Shown here: positions 10,228 through 19,239 of the stretch, piece after piece
Layout: each line of letters starts with the position of its first letter
Numbering within the stretch: the stretch's first letter is position 1
Source: a virus
Direction: 5' to 3' (one strand)
Virus record (IMG/VR): IMGVR_UViG_3300044642_000074
Span: 32,001-96,000 of that record
DNA: 64,000 nucleotides
Translations under genes and position numbers: made by a program
Notes under the pieces: generated by a model
The model's input: the letters and a program-made list of their open reading frames with translations, nothing else
What the model was told of the DNA's origin: nothing
The model's database searches: none

Positions 10228-13200
10228 TGAATAAGCTGCTCCAACATATTATGAATGCGGGGGATGTATCAGATAAGTTTCTGGTGCATTTCAATAATGG
10301 AGTACCTCTTACTAAGAAACCTTTAGTAAAAGCTCAGCAGGGTATTCAAAACGTTACCGTAGATGGTAAACGTATGAGGACAGATTCTCCTGAATATAAA
10401 AATCTTTACAGTAAAGGCATAGGCCGTTGGATGAAAAAAGATGCTTCAGGAAACTGGGTACCTGGTACTGCCAATGATTCTGGGTCTGAGTTTGTATCTT
10501 CTCCCAAGACATTAGAAGAAGTTGTTGTTAAGAGTACAGTTAAACCTAACTCACTTGGAGCATACTCTTCCAAATTCTATAGAGAAAATCCTTTTGAAAC
10601 CTTCTTTAAAGATAGGTATGGTCAGATAAAAGATGAATTTACTTCAGAGCCTATATGGGCTCAACGTGCAGTAGGTGGATGGGATAGAGAAAGTAGACAG
10701 AAGAATATACGTGAGCAGATTCAACAAGAGTATGATAAGAAGTATAGTGATTACTTAACCCAAAGATTACTTCAAAGAAATCCTCAAGGAGACCAGTACA
10801 GGGATGATTGGTTATCTAATAAGAACTTTACTAACAGGGAACTTAGTATACTTACTGCTAATGAAAACCTGCCTCAGCCAAACTTATATTCTCAGGGTGC
10901 TCAGGGTCTCTACAATACTGCTGATATGTTGGCTCTTGGAAAGCTTCCAGAGCTTGCTGTACCTGGTATAGCTAAATCTGAAGTTGCTCAGTATAACAGT
11001 CCTTTACTTACTTTTCAACCGCTTTCTATTCCAGCTAAGATGGTTCAGTCTTTTTACACAGACGACTATACATTTAGAGACGCTGTGAGAGGTACTCCTA
11101 ATAAAGCAAGTCTTACGGAAGATATAATTACTGATCCTTTAACATGGTGGACACTTGGTGGTAAATCATTACTTACTGCGGCTGGTAAAGCCAGTGGTAT
11201 AAATACTGCAAGGTTTTTTCCTGAAGTAAGTAACTTTTCTAAACTATCTAAGCCACCAAAAACACAGTTTGCTCAAGATGCTGATGACTTTTTAAAAGCT
11301 GGTAAAGAAGTAGTAGATCCTGAAACAGGTGTATCTAAATTTGTTTATGAGCTGGATGATGTATCTACTGCTTCTGATAATCCTTTTGTTTGGTATCCTG
11401 ATAGTCAAGCAGGTAAAAAACCTTATACAGGTGGTGGCGTGGAGCTTACATTTGATGACTTAGTAGATGTATCTGATATTCCTGTTCTTAATAACAAGAT
11501 CAGTCCTATTGGTACTAGTGGATCAAAGACCTTTGGAAGTACCTTATCTAATATTTACGATAAAGGTAAGAGCAAGCTTATGAAGCTTTTTGCTAATACA
11601 AACCAATGGGATGTTTCTAAACCACTTGGTACTTTGCAAGATTATAAAAGTTGGGGTAACAATATTCATAAAGAACTTGATTATGTAGATCCTGCTCTTA
11701 TCCGTGATGCTCACAAAAAAGCTATAAAATATTTTAAATCTACCGGACAGTGGGGGAATATGCAAAACTCACCTAGAGAGTTCGGTCTTTTTATAAGGGC
11801 AGAACTAGCTGATAAAATACCATCTTTTGCAAATCCTGTAGTAGTTGATCCTGCAACGGGAGCTAGATTCAATTATGGACAAGAGGCTTGGCATCCGAGT
11901 TTATACCCAGATAATCAGCAAGCCATGTATTTTAGCACGGTTAGAAACGAGGCTGAATATTACAAAGATGCTCCATTTGCTGCACAAGAGGCTCAACCGC
12001 TTTCTTGGGGGTATGATGCAGAAAAATTTACTCCGCAAGAAGCTAATCTTATAACAGGGTATGCACATGGTTATGATAATCCTCTTAATAATGTGTTTAG
12101 AGCTAGATCCACAGTAGGAGCAAAAAAATTTTATGAAACTAAAGGTAATGAGTTAAATACAGCTGTACAGAAGAATAAGTTTCCTGTAGCTACTCAAGTA
12201 AGAAGAGGTGTTGATAACTATCCTGTAGAGATTTTAGATCCAGTTACCTATAAGCCAACTGGTGTTTTTAAGAGACGTTCTGAATTAGGTGTAGGAGATG
12301 TATTTAAAGATGAAGGTTTTATGTCCACTAGTCTTAATACTAACCATACATGGGGAACAGCCGATGCTTCAGAACTTATTGATATACCCGGAGGCGGAGT
12401 TCAGTCTTATGCTTTTCCTAACGCTATGTCAAACAGCCCTTATTTTCCCGAGGCTGAGGCTATATTACCAAAAGGATTAATACGTAAAGTAGAAGAAGTA
12501 AGAGAACCCGTAAGCGGTGGTAGTTATGGTTTTCCTAATAATGCCAGAATCAGAACTAGTATATTAAATCCTTATAGTGTTTTACTTCCAGTAGTTGGTG
12601 GTGCGGCTGCAATACAAGGTCAGAAAAAACAAGGTGGTCCTATTGTAGACCCGCGTGGTCAGTGGGCTCATCCTGGTAAAGTTACTCGTATACCTGGATC
12701 AGATATTACTATGCAGGGAGTAAACTACCCGGTGTATGCCAAACCTAACAAAGGCAAAGGTGGTATGATGTATCCAGGGGGGAATTACTCTTTCCCCAAA
12801 GCTGATTATGTAGATGAGTATCCTATGATGCAAAGAGGAGGTCAATATATAGACTCTGTGTTTAACGCTAACCGAAATCTTAACTGGGTAAAACGACTAT
12901 ATGATAAAAACACACCTAGTATCCAGATTCCTGGAGAGCCTTACCCGTCTACCCACTACATGGAATATGCCGATAACCGCGTATATCCTCAAGTAGTACA
13001 GATGCCAGATGGTAAGTTGAAACACCTGGGTAAGAACGCTTACGACTATGCTGACTCTACTAAAACATACATTAAGTTTCCAACAGAAGCTGATGCTAAA
13101 TGGTTTAGTCAAAACTATAAGAAGGGTAAAGGCGTATTAGGTAACAGGCAATTAGGAGGTCAGTCTGCAGGGAAAAGTCCTTACTTTTTTATGAACATTA

Positions 13201-14135
13201 ATAATGATATGGAAGAAAGATTTCGTGCCCTTGATTATGTTAAAGATGAATATAACAAGGGTATGGATTTTCATACTAAGTGGCTTAACTCACCTATGTA
13301 CAAGAGTATGATTAACGCGTCTGATCCTGCCAATGCAAAACAAATTACTGACCAACGTAAAAAACGTCTTTCTGCTGTGACTATGAAATACGTTGATACT
13401 GCATATGGCCCAGATATTAGGACTGGAGCTACAGCTGATAATCTAGGAAATATAAAGGTATACCCAATAGGTGTTGGTCATAACAGCGTTGGTACTCATG
13501 AAATATCTCATGTAACAGACAATGGTCCAGGGCTCGATCTTATACCTGCTAAAGATCAAATTAACATTTTAGAAAAAGCTTATGATAAAGTAAACTTACC
13601 AAAGTATGAAGCTGATAAAGAGTATGTTGATTATATTACTAAACCAACAGAGACAAGAGCTAGATTAAATCAAATACGTCAGCAAGCTTCTGAAAATAAA
13701 TTATATGACCCTTTTACTCAAAAAGTAAACCCAGCTATATATAATAAACTTAAAAATTTTAAGTTTGATAAGTCAGTAGACTGGAGTCCTCTTCAACAGT
13801 TAAAAGAAGCTTATAGTGATCAACAGATTATGGAACTGCTTAATAGTGTTTCTAAAGTAAATACTAATAACGATATGCAAAACATGATGGCCAGTGGTGG
13901 ACAGCATGGCGGTCTTGACCGTTGGTTTGCAGAGAAATGGGTAGATGTAAAGACAGGAAAAGCATGTGGTAGACAAGAAGGTGAAAGCAGAGCTTACCCG
14001 GCATGTCGTCCTTCTAGACGAGTATCATCCCAGACACCAAAGACTTCTTCAGAAATGAGTCCTGCTGAGAAGGCTAAGTTTAAAAGGACTAAGACATCCT
14101 CAGAACGTATAAACTATAATCATAAAAGAAATTAA
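10227..14135 (+). CDS. Multidomain putative virion cargo protein: ADP-ribosyltransferase, zincin and small basic domains
   Basis: ART motifs VRRG (12198), FMSTS (12318) and EAE (12450); HEISH (13497) with downstream ETRAR; C-terminal GLDRWFAEKWVD...CGR...YPACRP; xxxGG linkers. Confidence 0.75.
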   Translation: MNKLLQHIMNAGDVSDKFLVHFNNGVPLTKKPLVKAQQGIQNVTVDGKRMRTDSPEYKNLYSKGIGRWMKKDASGNWVPGTANDSGSEFVSSPKTLEEVVVKSTVKPNSLGAYSSKFYRENPFETFFKDRYGQIKDEFTSEPIWAQRAVGGWDRESRQKNIREQIQQEYDKKYSDYLTQRLLQRNPQGDQYRDDWLSNKNFTNRELSILTANENLPQPNLYSQGAQGLYNTADMLALGKLPELAVPGIAKSEVAQYNSPLLTFQPLSIPAKMVQSFYTDDYTFRDAVRGTPNKASLTEDIITDPLTWWTLGGKSLLTAAGKASGINTARFFPEVSNFSKLSKPPKTQFAQDADDFLKAGKEVVDPETGVSKFVYELDDVSTASDNPFVWYPDSQAGKKPYTGGGVELTFDDLVDVSDIPVLNNKISPIGTSGSKTFGSTLSNIYDKGKSKLMKLFANTNQWDVSKPLGTLQDYKSWGNNIHKELDYVDPALIRDAHKKAIKYFKSTGQWGNMQNSPREFGLFIRAELADKIPSFANPVVVDPATGARFNYGQEAWHPSLYPDNQQAMYFSTVRNEAEYYKDAPFAAQEAQPLSWGYDAEKFTPQEANLITGYAHGYDNPLNNVFRARSTVGAKKFYETKGNELNTAVQKNKFPVATQVRRGVDNYPVEILDPVTYKPTGVFKRRSELGVGDVFKDEGFMSTSLNTNHTWGTADASELIDIPGGGVQSYAFPNAMSNSPYFPEAEAILPKGLIRKVEEVREPVSGGSYGFPNNARIRTSILNPYSVLLPVVGGAAAIQGQKKQGGPIVDPRGQWAHPGKVTRIPGSDITMQGVNYPVYAKPNKGKGGMMYPGGNYSFPKADYVDEYPMMQRGGQYIDSVFNANRNLNWVKRLYDKNTPSIQIPGEPYPSTHYMEYADNRVYPQVVQMPDGKLKHLGKNAYDYADSTKTYIKFPTEADAKWFSQNYKKGKGVLGNRQLGGQSAGKSPYFFMNINNDMEERFRALDYVKDEYNKGMDFHTKWLNSPMYKSMINASDPANAKQITDQRKKRLSAVTMKYVDTAYGPDIRTGATADNLGNIKVYPIGVGHNSVGTHEISHVTDNGPGLDLIPAKDQINILEKAYDKVNLPKYEADKEYVDYITKPTETRARLNQIRQQASENKLYDPFTQKVNPAIYNKLKNFKFDKSVDWSPLQQLKEAYSDQQIMELLNSVSKVNTNNDMQNMMASGGQHGGLDRWFAEKWVDVKTGKACGRQEGESRAYPACRPSRRVSSQTPKTSSEMSPAEKAKFKRTKTSSERINYNHKRN

Positions 14136-14146
14136 TTATATATCCT

Positions 14147-15958
14147 ATGGCTAACAAACCTAATAATCCTGCCCTTTGGTCTAAAGCTAAGTCTTTAGCT
14201 AAACAGAAATTTGATGTCTATCCCTCAGCCTATGCTAACGGCTGGGCAGCTAAGTGGTACAAAGGTAAAGGAGGTACTTGGCGTAAAGCTGAGTACGGAA
14301 TGGAAGTACCGTTTATGAATAACGGTGGAGAAAAAATGCCACCCGAGATTGCTCGTGCACGTTTTGCTGCAGCAGGTAATCTTGATAAGATGGGTGATTA
14401 TGGTTATGCTTATGGTGGAGATACACCTAAATATATGCAACAAGGTGGACAACAAGATCAGATTATGATGGTTATTCAGCAGTTTGCTCAAATGAATCAA
14501 GTTGATCCCCAAGAAGTTATACAGCAACTTCAACAGTTGCCTGCTGAACAACAACAAGCAGCTATTCAAAAGATGGCAGAAACAATACAACAAGCTTCTC
14601 AGCAGCAACCTGATATGGTGCAAGCTGCTATGGCTTATGGTGGATATACTACTGGTGTATTTGCTGATGGTGGAGAACCTGATGGGTCTATGGCCCTTGG
14701 TCAGATAGATGCTGCAGTAGATAAACTTCAGAAACTTCGTCAGTTTATTCAACCTGAGTCTGATCTAGAACCATGGGTAAGTTCTAAACTTACTAAGATG
14801 GATGATTATGCAGATGCCGTGTCTGACTACATGATGTATAACCCAGAAGCCCAGGGAGAGATGATGGAAGAGCCTCAGGGACTTCCTATGCAACAAATGA
14901 AAGAAGGTGGTATTCCTACCCGTTACAAGAACATGGGCTTTTCTAAAGTTGGGGCTAAGAAAGAATCTACCCGTCCTGGTAAAAAGTGGATGGTGCTAGC
15001 CAAGAAAGGTAGTGACTATAAAGTAGTACACGGTGGATACGATGGTATGAAGGACTTCTCTCAGCATGGATCTGAGAAACGTAAAGATCGTTTCTGGGAC
15101 CGTATGGGTGGTAAGAACTCAGCTAAAGCCAAGGATCCGTTTAGTCCTTTGTACTGGCATAAAAGATTTGGTACCTGGCAAGATGGTGGAGAGATATATG
15201 GTATGGGTGGATATATACCAGAATATGGCATGGGTGGCATGCCTTGTTATGAATGTGGTGGTATGTTTGCAGAAGGCGGAATGTATGATTGCCCTGATCA
15301 GGAGAAAGACCCTGTAACAGGTAAGTGTAAAGCTGAGGTTGTTCGTGGTAGAGAAGCAAATGCTGCTAACAAAGCAGCTAGTGCAGACATGAACGCATGG
15401 GCTAAGCAAGTTGCTGCTATGGATAAAGAAGTTGCTAAACAGAATGCTGCTCAGTATGCTGGACAAAAAAGTTTTGATTATGACTGGATGCAATCTCCTG
15501 TAGATAAAGCAGAGAAGAAAGCAGCTATTGCTCAATACAAACAATTTATTCAGCAGAACCCTAATGTATTTGTAGCAGATGATTCATCTGGGTACAATCC
15601 AGAACAGAAGTATATCATTGCTTCTAAGCTTAAGCAAAAATCAAGCACTCCAATGGGATCTAAAGCATTCCAGCAAAAGTTTAACCAGGATGCACGTTTG
15701 CTAGATCTTGGACGTATACAGTCTGACATTGTTCCTTTAATGGGTGGCTGGAGTGGAATTCAGAACTGGCTGTTTGGTAATAAAAAATTCGGTGGCTACA
15801 TAGGACAAGACGGAAAGCGTCACATATCTAAGACACCTACCTGGTCTGGAAATACCGGTTATCAAGAAGGTGGTCCTGTTCTAGGGGATGTAATGGATGT
15901 AACACCTGAACAGCTTGAAGTTCTTCGTGCTCAAGGCTATGACTTTGAAATAATCTAA
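14147..15958 (+). CDS. Multidomain phi-x-x-GG repeat protein, putative virion cargo
   Basis: 13 phi-x-x-GG motifs separating small domains and a Q-rich segment. Confidence 0.7.
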   Translation: MANKPNNPALWSKAKSLAKQKFDVYPSAYANGWAAKWYKGKGGTWRKAEYGMEVPFMNNGGEKMPPEIARARFAAAGNLDKMGDYGYAYGGDTPKYMQQGGQQDQIMMVIQQFAQMNQVDPQEVIQQLQQLPAEQQQAAIQKMAETIQQASQQQPDMVQAAMAYGGYTTGVFADGGEPDGSMALGQIDAAVDKLQKLRQFIQPESDLEPWVSSKLTKMDDYADAVSDYMMYNPEAQGEMMEEPQGLPMQQMKEGGIPTRYKNMGFSKVGAKKESTRPGKKWMVLAKKGSDYKVVHGGYDGMKDFSQHGSEKRKDRFWDRMGGKNSAKAKDPFSPLYWHKRFGTWQDGGEIYGMGGYIPEYGMGGMPCYECGGMFAEGGMYDCPDQEKDPVTGKCKAEVVRGREANAANKAASADMNAWAKQVAAMDKEVAKQNAAQYAGQKSFDYDWMQSPVDKAEKKAAIAQYKQFIQQNPNVFVADDSSGYNPEQKYIIASKLKQKSSTPMGSKAFQQKFNQDARLLDLGRIQSDIVPLMGGWSGIQNWLFGNKKFGGYIGQDGKRHISKTPTWSGNTGYQEGGPVLGDVMDVTPEQLEVLRAQGYDFEII

Positions 15959-16768
15959 TCTATGAAAATACGTATTACAAAAAAAGGGCTACCTAAAGCT
16001 CAGTGGTTAAACAGTCAACCTGGAGTTCAGTTACAGCTGCCTGCCAGTTCGCAACCTAACTTTGCATGGATGACATCTCAGCAGATGCAGAATTATCTTA
16101 TGCCTGCTGCTCCACAAACGTTACCTGTTAACAACACAAGCCTTCCTCCTGATGTTATTATTCCTAGGAACTTGTATCCAGCTATGACAGATGCTGAGAT
16201 GGCTCCTCCTGAAGTTCTTGATCAACAAAACCAAGTAAGTCAACCTGTTGATATAGCAGCTGCTTTAGGTATTGGACCAAAGAGAGAAGCTTGGGAAATA
16301 GAGCAGCAGAAAAAATATGATACCGATCCAAACTATGCATTGAAGTTTGATGATAGTGTTGGCTTTGGTATGCTTCAGGGGTATACAGATCCTAAGCGTC
16401 TTACTAGTAGGCAAGATCTTAAGAAGTACGTAAACTTCTTTAACAAAAAGTACGGTACGAAACTAAAGATGCCTACTTACAATCCAGGCTTAGCTAAGGC
16501 TGCTAACGCTGTTAGTACAGGTATTGGAGCTTTGGCCTTAGCTGGTAATGCAGTAGATTATTTAGAAGCTAATAAAAAAGGAAAAGAGTGGGAACGTTTC
16601 TTCCGTCAGCGTATGATGGAACCTGCTCCCAATACTGAGTTTGAAGGTATTGAGAATATTAACTCCGGAAGAATGTTTGAAAACATGCTACCTAAACCTA
16701 ATCAAGGACGTTTTGATTATGGTGGTGTAGCTAACAATATGTTTGATTCTATGAAAATACGTATTACA
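15959..16768 (+). repeat. 21-nt direct repeat TCTATGAAAATACGTATTACA at 15959-15979 and 16748-16768
   Basis: Exact match read from the sequence; encodes MKIRIT at the gene start and again internally in frame. Confidence 0.9.
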
Positions 16769-19162
16769 TCTGCTCCTCAGTCCATGGAGTATGGAGGTCA
16801 GTCTAACTACGGACTTGATCTTGGTAGAAGAAAAATCTATACAGACATGCCTGAGTCCCAGGCTGAGTCAGTTACTAGTTCTGTAGGAGCTGTACCTAGA
16901 GCTATGGCGAATATTGAAGCTGAAGGCGGAGAAACTGTCTTTGGAGACATGGACGGTGATGGAGCTATGGAACATATGAACATAGTTGGTAAACGTCACC
17001 ATCAAGGTGGTGTACCATTAAATGTACCTGAAGGAAGTTTTATCTTTTCAGATACAGCTAAGATGAGAATCAAAGATCCTGCTGTTCTTGCTATGTTTGG
17101 TAAGACTATTACAAAAGGAAATAAAGGATATACTCCGGCTCAAATTGCTAAGCAGTATAACATAAATAAGTATAAAGCAGTAATGGAAGATCCTAATGCG
17201 GATCATGTTGCCAAAGCTACTGCACAGTTAATGGTAAACAATTACCGTAAGAAACTTGGTGGCCTTGCTCTGATACAAGAAGAGATGAAAGGATTTCCTC
17301 AAGGTATACCTCAAGTAGCTGAAGCTGCTACAGACAAACCTATGATGGCAAAGTTTGGCGGATACCTTCCGGAATATCAAACAGCAGGACAAGCTCCTCC
17401 TGTTATACCTCAAGCTTTTAGGATAACTTCTTTGACTCCTGAGGTACAAGCTGCGTTAGCTGAATTTGCTAGCCGTCAAAATCCTGGGGGTGGTCAAAAT
17501 ACAACAGTGTCTGCGTCTAATACCAGATCTCCTCAGGCTTTAGCTGATATGAGTGACCCAGAGTTCCAGAAGTTTATGGATCTGGTTAACAAGTATGATA
17601 ATAAGCAGAGAAAAGATGCTAGTTATATAAATTCTATGACAGATGCAGACGCTAAAGAGTTTGCCCGTCTTGCTACCAAGTTTGGTTTTAAAAGAACAGA
17701 CAAAGATGGTAAACAGCAGTATAGAGTTGTACAAGGATCTACTCCAGATTATAACTTTACAATAAAAGGTAAAGACGGAAAACCTCAAAAGATTGGATTT
17801 TTTGGTGGCTACCGTCCGCAGCAATACGAGCGTAGAGTTGTAGAAGATGTTCTTGGAGAAGACTCTGTAAAGAATATGAGTGAGCTAGATATCCGTAAAG
17901 CTTACTTTAAAGAACTTGGTGTTGATGTAAGTGGTATGAGTGATGATCAGTTAAAGGATTCTAAGAAACTTTATACTGATGCAAACTTTTTTCAAAATGT
18001 CTTCTATCCTAAGTTTACTCAAAGGTTTGGTAAAGATGATTACCGTAGCCAGCTTGGTGATGACTTGTTGATTGGTGCTGAGCACTATGATGCATATCGT
18101 AAAAAAGAGAAATCTCAGGATACTACCGTTATAGGTTATATCTGTAAGGGTGTGTCTGCAAATGGTGCTCCTATTGTAGAAAGTTCTAGCTTTAGAGATG
18201 AAGCTGCTTTGGCTGCAGCTGGTGCGTCTAAGTCATACCAAGTAGCTATCTTAAACTGTGGCAAAGACACTGATATAGATATAGATATTATTCCTGGAAA
18301 GAAGAAGCAACCTACTGACTTCATGACTCCTGATAAGCTTACGTTAATGGCTGCTGCAGCTATTCCACCAAAAGGATATTTTCCTTTTGTATCGGATATG
18401 CCGTTTAGACCGGGTCAACTAGCTTTAGAAGACTGGTTAAGCCAGGTTCAGAATATTCAACAGGGGTATAACACTTCAGCAAATATGTTGGGTACATACA
18501 ACCCTGGTACAGCTATGGCGTCTAACTTATCTTTCTTAGCAGGTCAGGCTGGTGATCAGACTGCCCAGGCTATTTCACAGGTAGGCAGCCGTAACGTTGA
18601 CAGATTCAACCAATTTGCAAACACTGAGACTCAGCGTAGACAGAATGTTGATGCATACAATACATCAGCCAGAGACAAACGCTGGGATGGGTACACTGTA
18701 ACCAAACAAAACCTAGATAATGCTCGTAGGAGATATCTTAATACAGTCACTAAAGCCACTAATAATATGTGGGCTAACCGTATGTACTTAGATATGATTA
18801 ATTCTGTTAATCCTTTCTTTAATGTAGATCCTAGATCTGGTCTTTCTTATTTTACAAATGATGGGTATACTACAAAAGATCTTGGAAGAAGTTCTGCCGG
18901 TGCAGGTGGAGGAGGTATAGATTGGTCTGAAATAAGCAGAGGCTTTCAAGATGCCAAAGGCAAGTTTCCTGGTCTTACTGAAGAGCAGTATCTCAGAATG
19001 ACCAATCAAAGAACTACATCTGTTGATACAAACAGAGACGGTCTACCTGACAGGACAAGTACTGCAAACATGGGACCCATGAGCTACATGTCTCAGATGC
19101 TTCCTATGTATATGGCAATGTCTAACATTGCTAGATCAGCTAATCCTTTTACCGGGCAATAA
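15962..19162 (+). CDS. Putative virion cargo/ejection protein with EAEGGE...GxxHxxGGV domain
   Basis: NIEAEGGETV and GKRHHQGGVPL motifs seen in Bacteroidota phage virion proteins; FDYGG, MEYGG and AKFGG motifs. Confidence 0.6.
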   Translation: MKIRITKKGLPKAQWLNSQPGVQLQLPASSQPNFAWMTSQQMQNYLMPAAPQTLPVNNTSLPPDVIIPRNLYPAMTDAEMAPPEVLDQQNQVSQPVDIAAALGIGPKREAWEIEQQKKYDTDPNYALKFDDSVGFGMLQGYTDPKRLTSRQDLKKYVNFFNKKYGTKLKMPTYNPGLAKAANAVSTGIGALALAGNAVDYLEANKKGKEWERFFRQRMMEPAPNTEFEGIENINSGRMFENMLPKPNQGRFDYGGVANNMFDSMKIRITSAPQSMEYGGQSNYGLDLGRRKIYTDMPESQAESVTSSVGAVPRAMANIEAEGGETVFGDMDGDGAMEHMNIVGKRHHQGGVPLNVPEGSFIFSDTAKMRIKDPAVLAMFGKTITKGNKGYTPAQIAKQYNINKYKAVMEDPNADHVAKATAQLMVNNYRKKLGGLALIQEEMKGFPQGIPQVAEAATDKPMMAKFGGYLPEYQTAGQAPPVIPQAFRITSLTPEVQAALAEFASRQNPGGGQNTTVSASNTRSPQALADMSDPEFQKFMDLVNKYDNKQRKDASYINSMTDADAKEFARLATKFGFKRTDKDGKQQYRVVQGSTPDYNFTIKGKDGKPQKIGFFGGYRPQQYERRVVEDVLGEDSVKNMSELDIRKAYFKELGVDVSGMSDDQLKDSKKLYTDANFFQNVFYPKFTQRFGKDDYRSQLGDDLLIGAEHYDAYRKKEKSQDTTVIGYICKGVSANGAPIVESSSFRDEAALAAAGASKSYQVAILNCGKDTDIDIDIIPGKKKQPTDFMTPDKLTLMAAAAIPPKGYFPFVSDMPFRPGQLALEDWLSQVQNIQQGYNTSANMLGTYNPGTAMASNLSFLAGQAGDQTAQAISQVGSRNVDRFNQFANTETQRRQNVDAYNTSARDKRWDGYTVTKQNLDNARRRYLNTVTKATNNMWANRMYLDMINSVNPFFNVDPRSGLSYFTNDGYTTKDLGRSSAGAGGGGIDWSEISRGFQDAKGKFPGLTEEQYLRMTNQRTTSVDTNRDGLPDRTSTANMGPMSYMSQMLPMYMAMSNIARSANPFTGQ

Positions 19163-19188
19163 GTTTATTCACACGCTTTAAACCTGTT

Positions 19189-19234
19189 AAGTTTAGTATT
19201 AAACTTCAGAGATTTTTTAGTATATTATAATGTA
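19189..19234 (+). promoter_or_regulatory. Putative phage late-promoter/operator motif, copy 2
   Basis: AAGTTTAGTATTAAACTTCAGAGATTTTTTAGTATATTATAATGTA; contains the palindrome AAGTTTA-gtat-TAAACTT. Confidence 0.6.
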
Positions 19235-19239
19235 CACCT

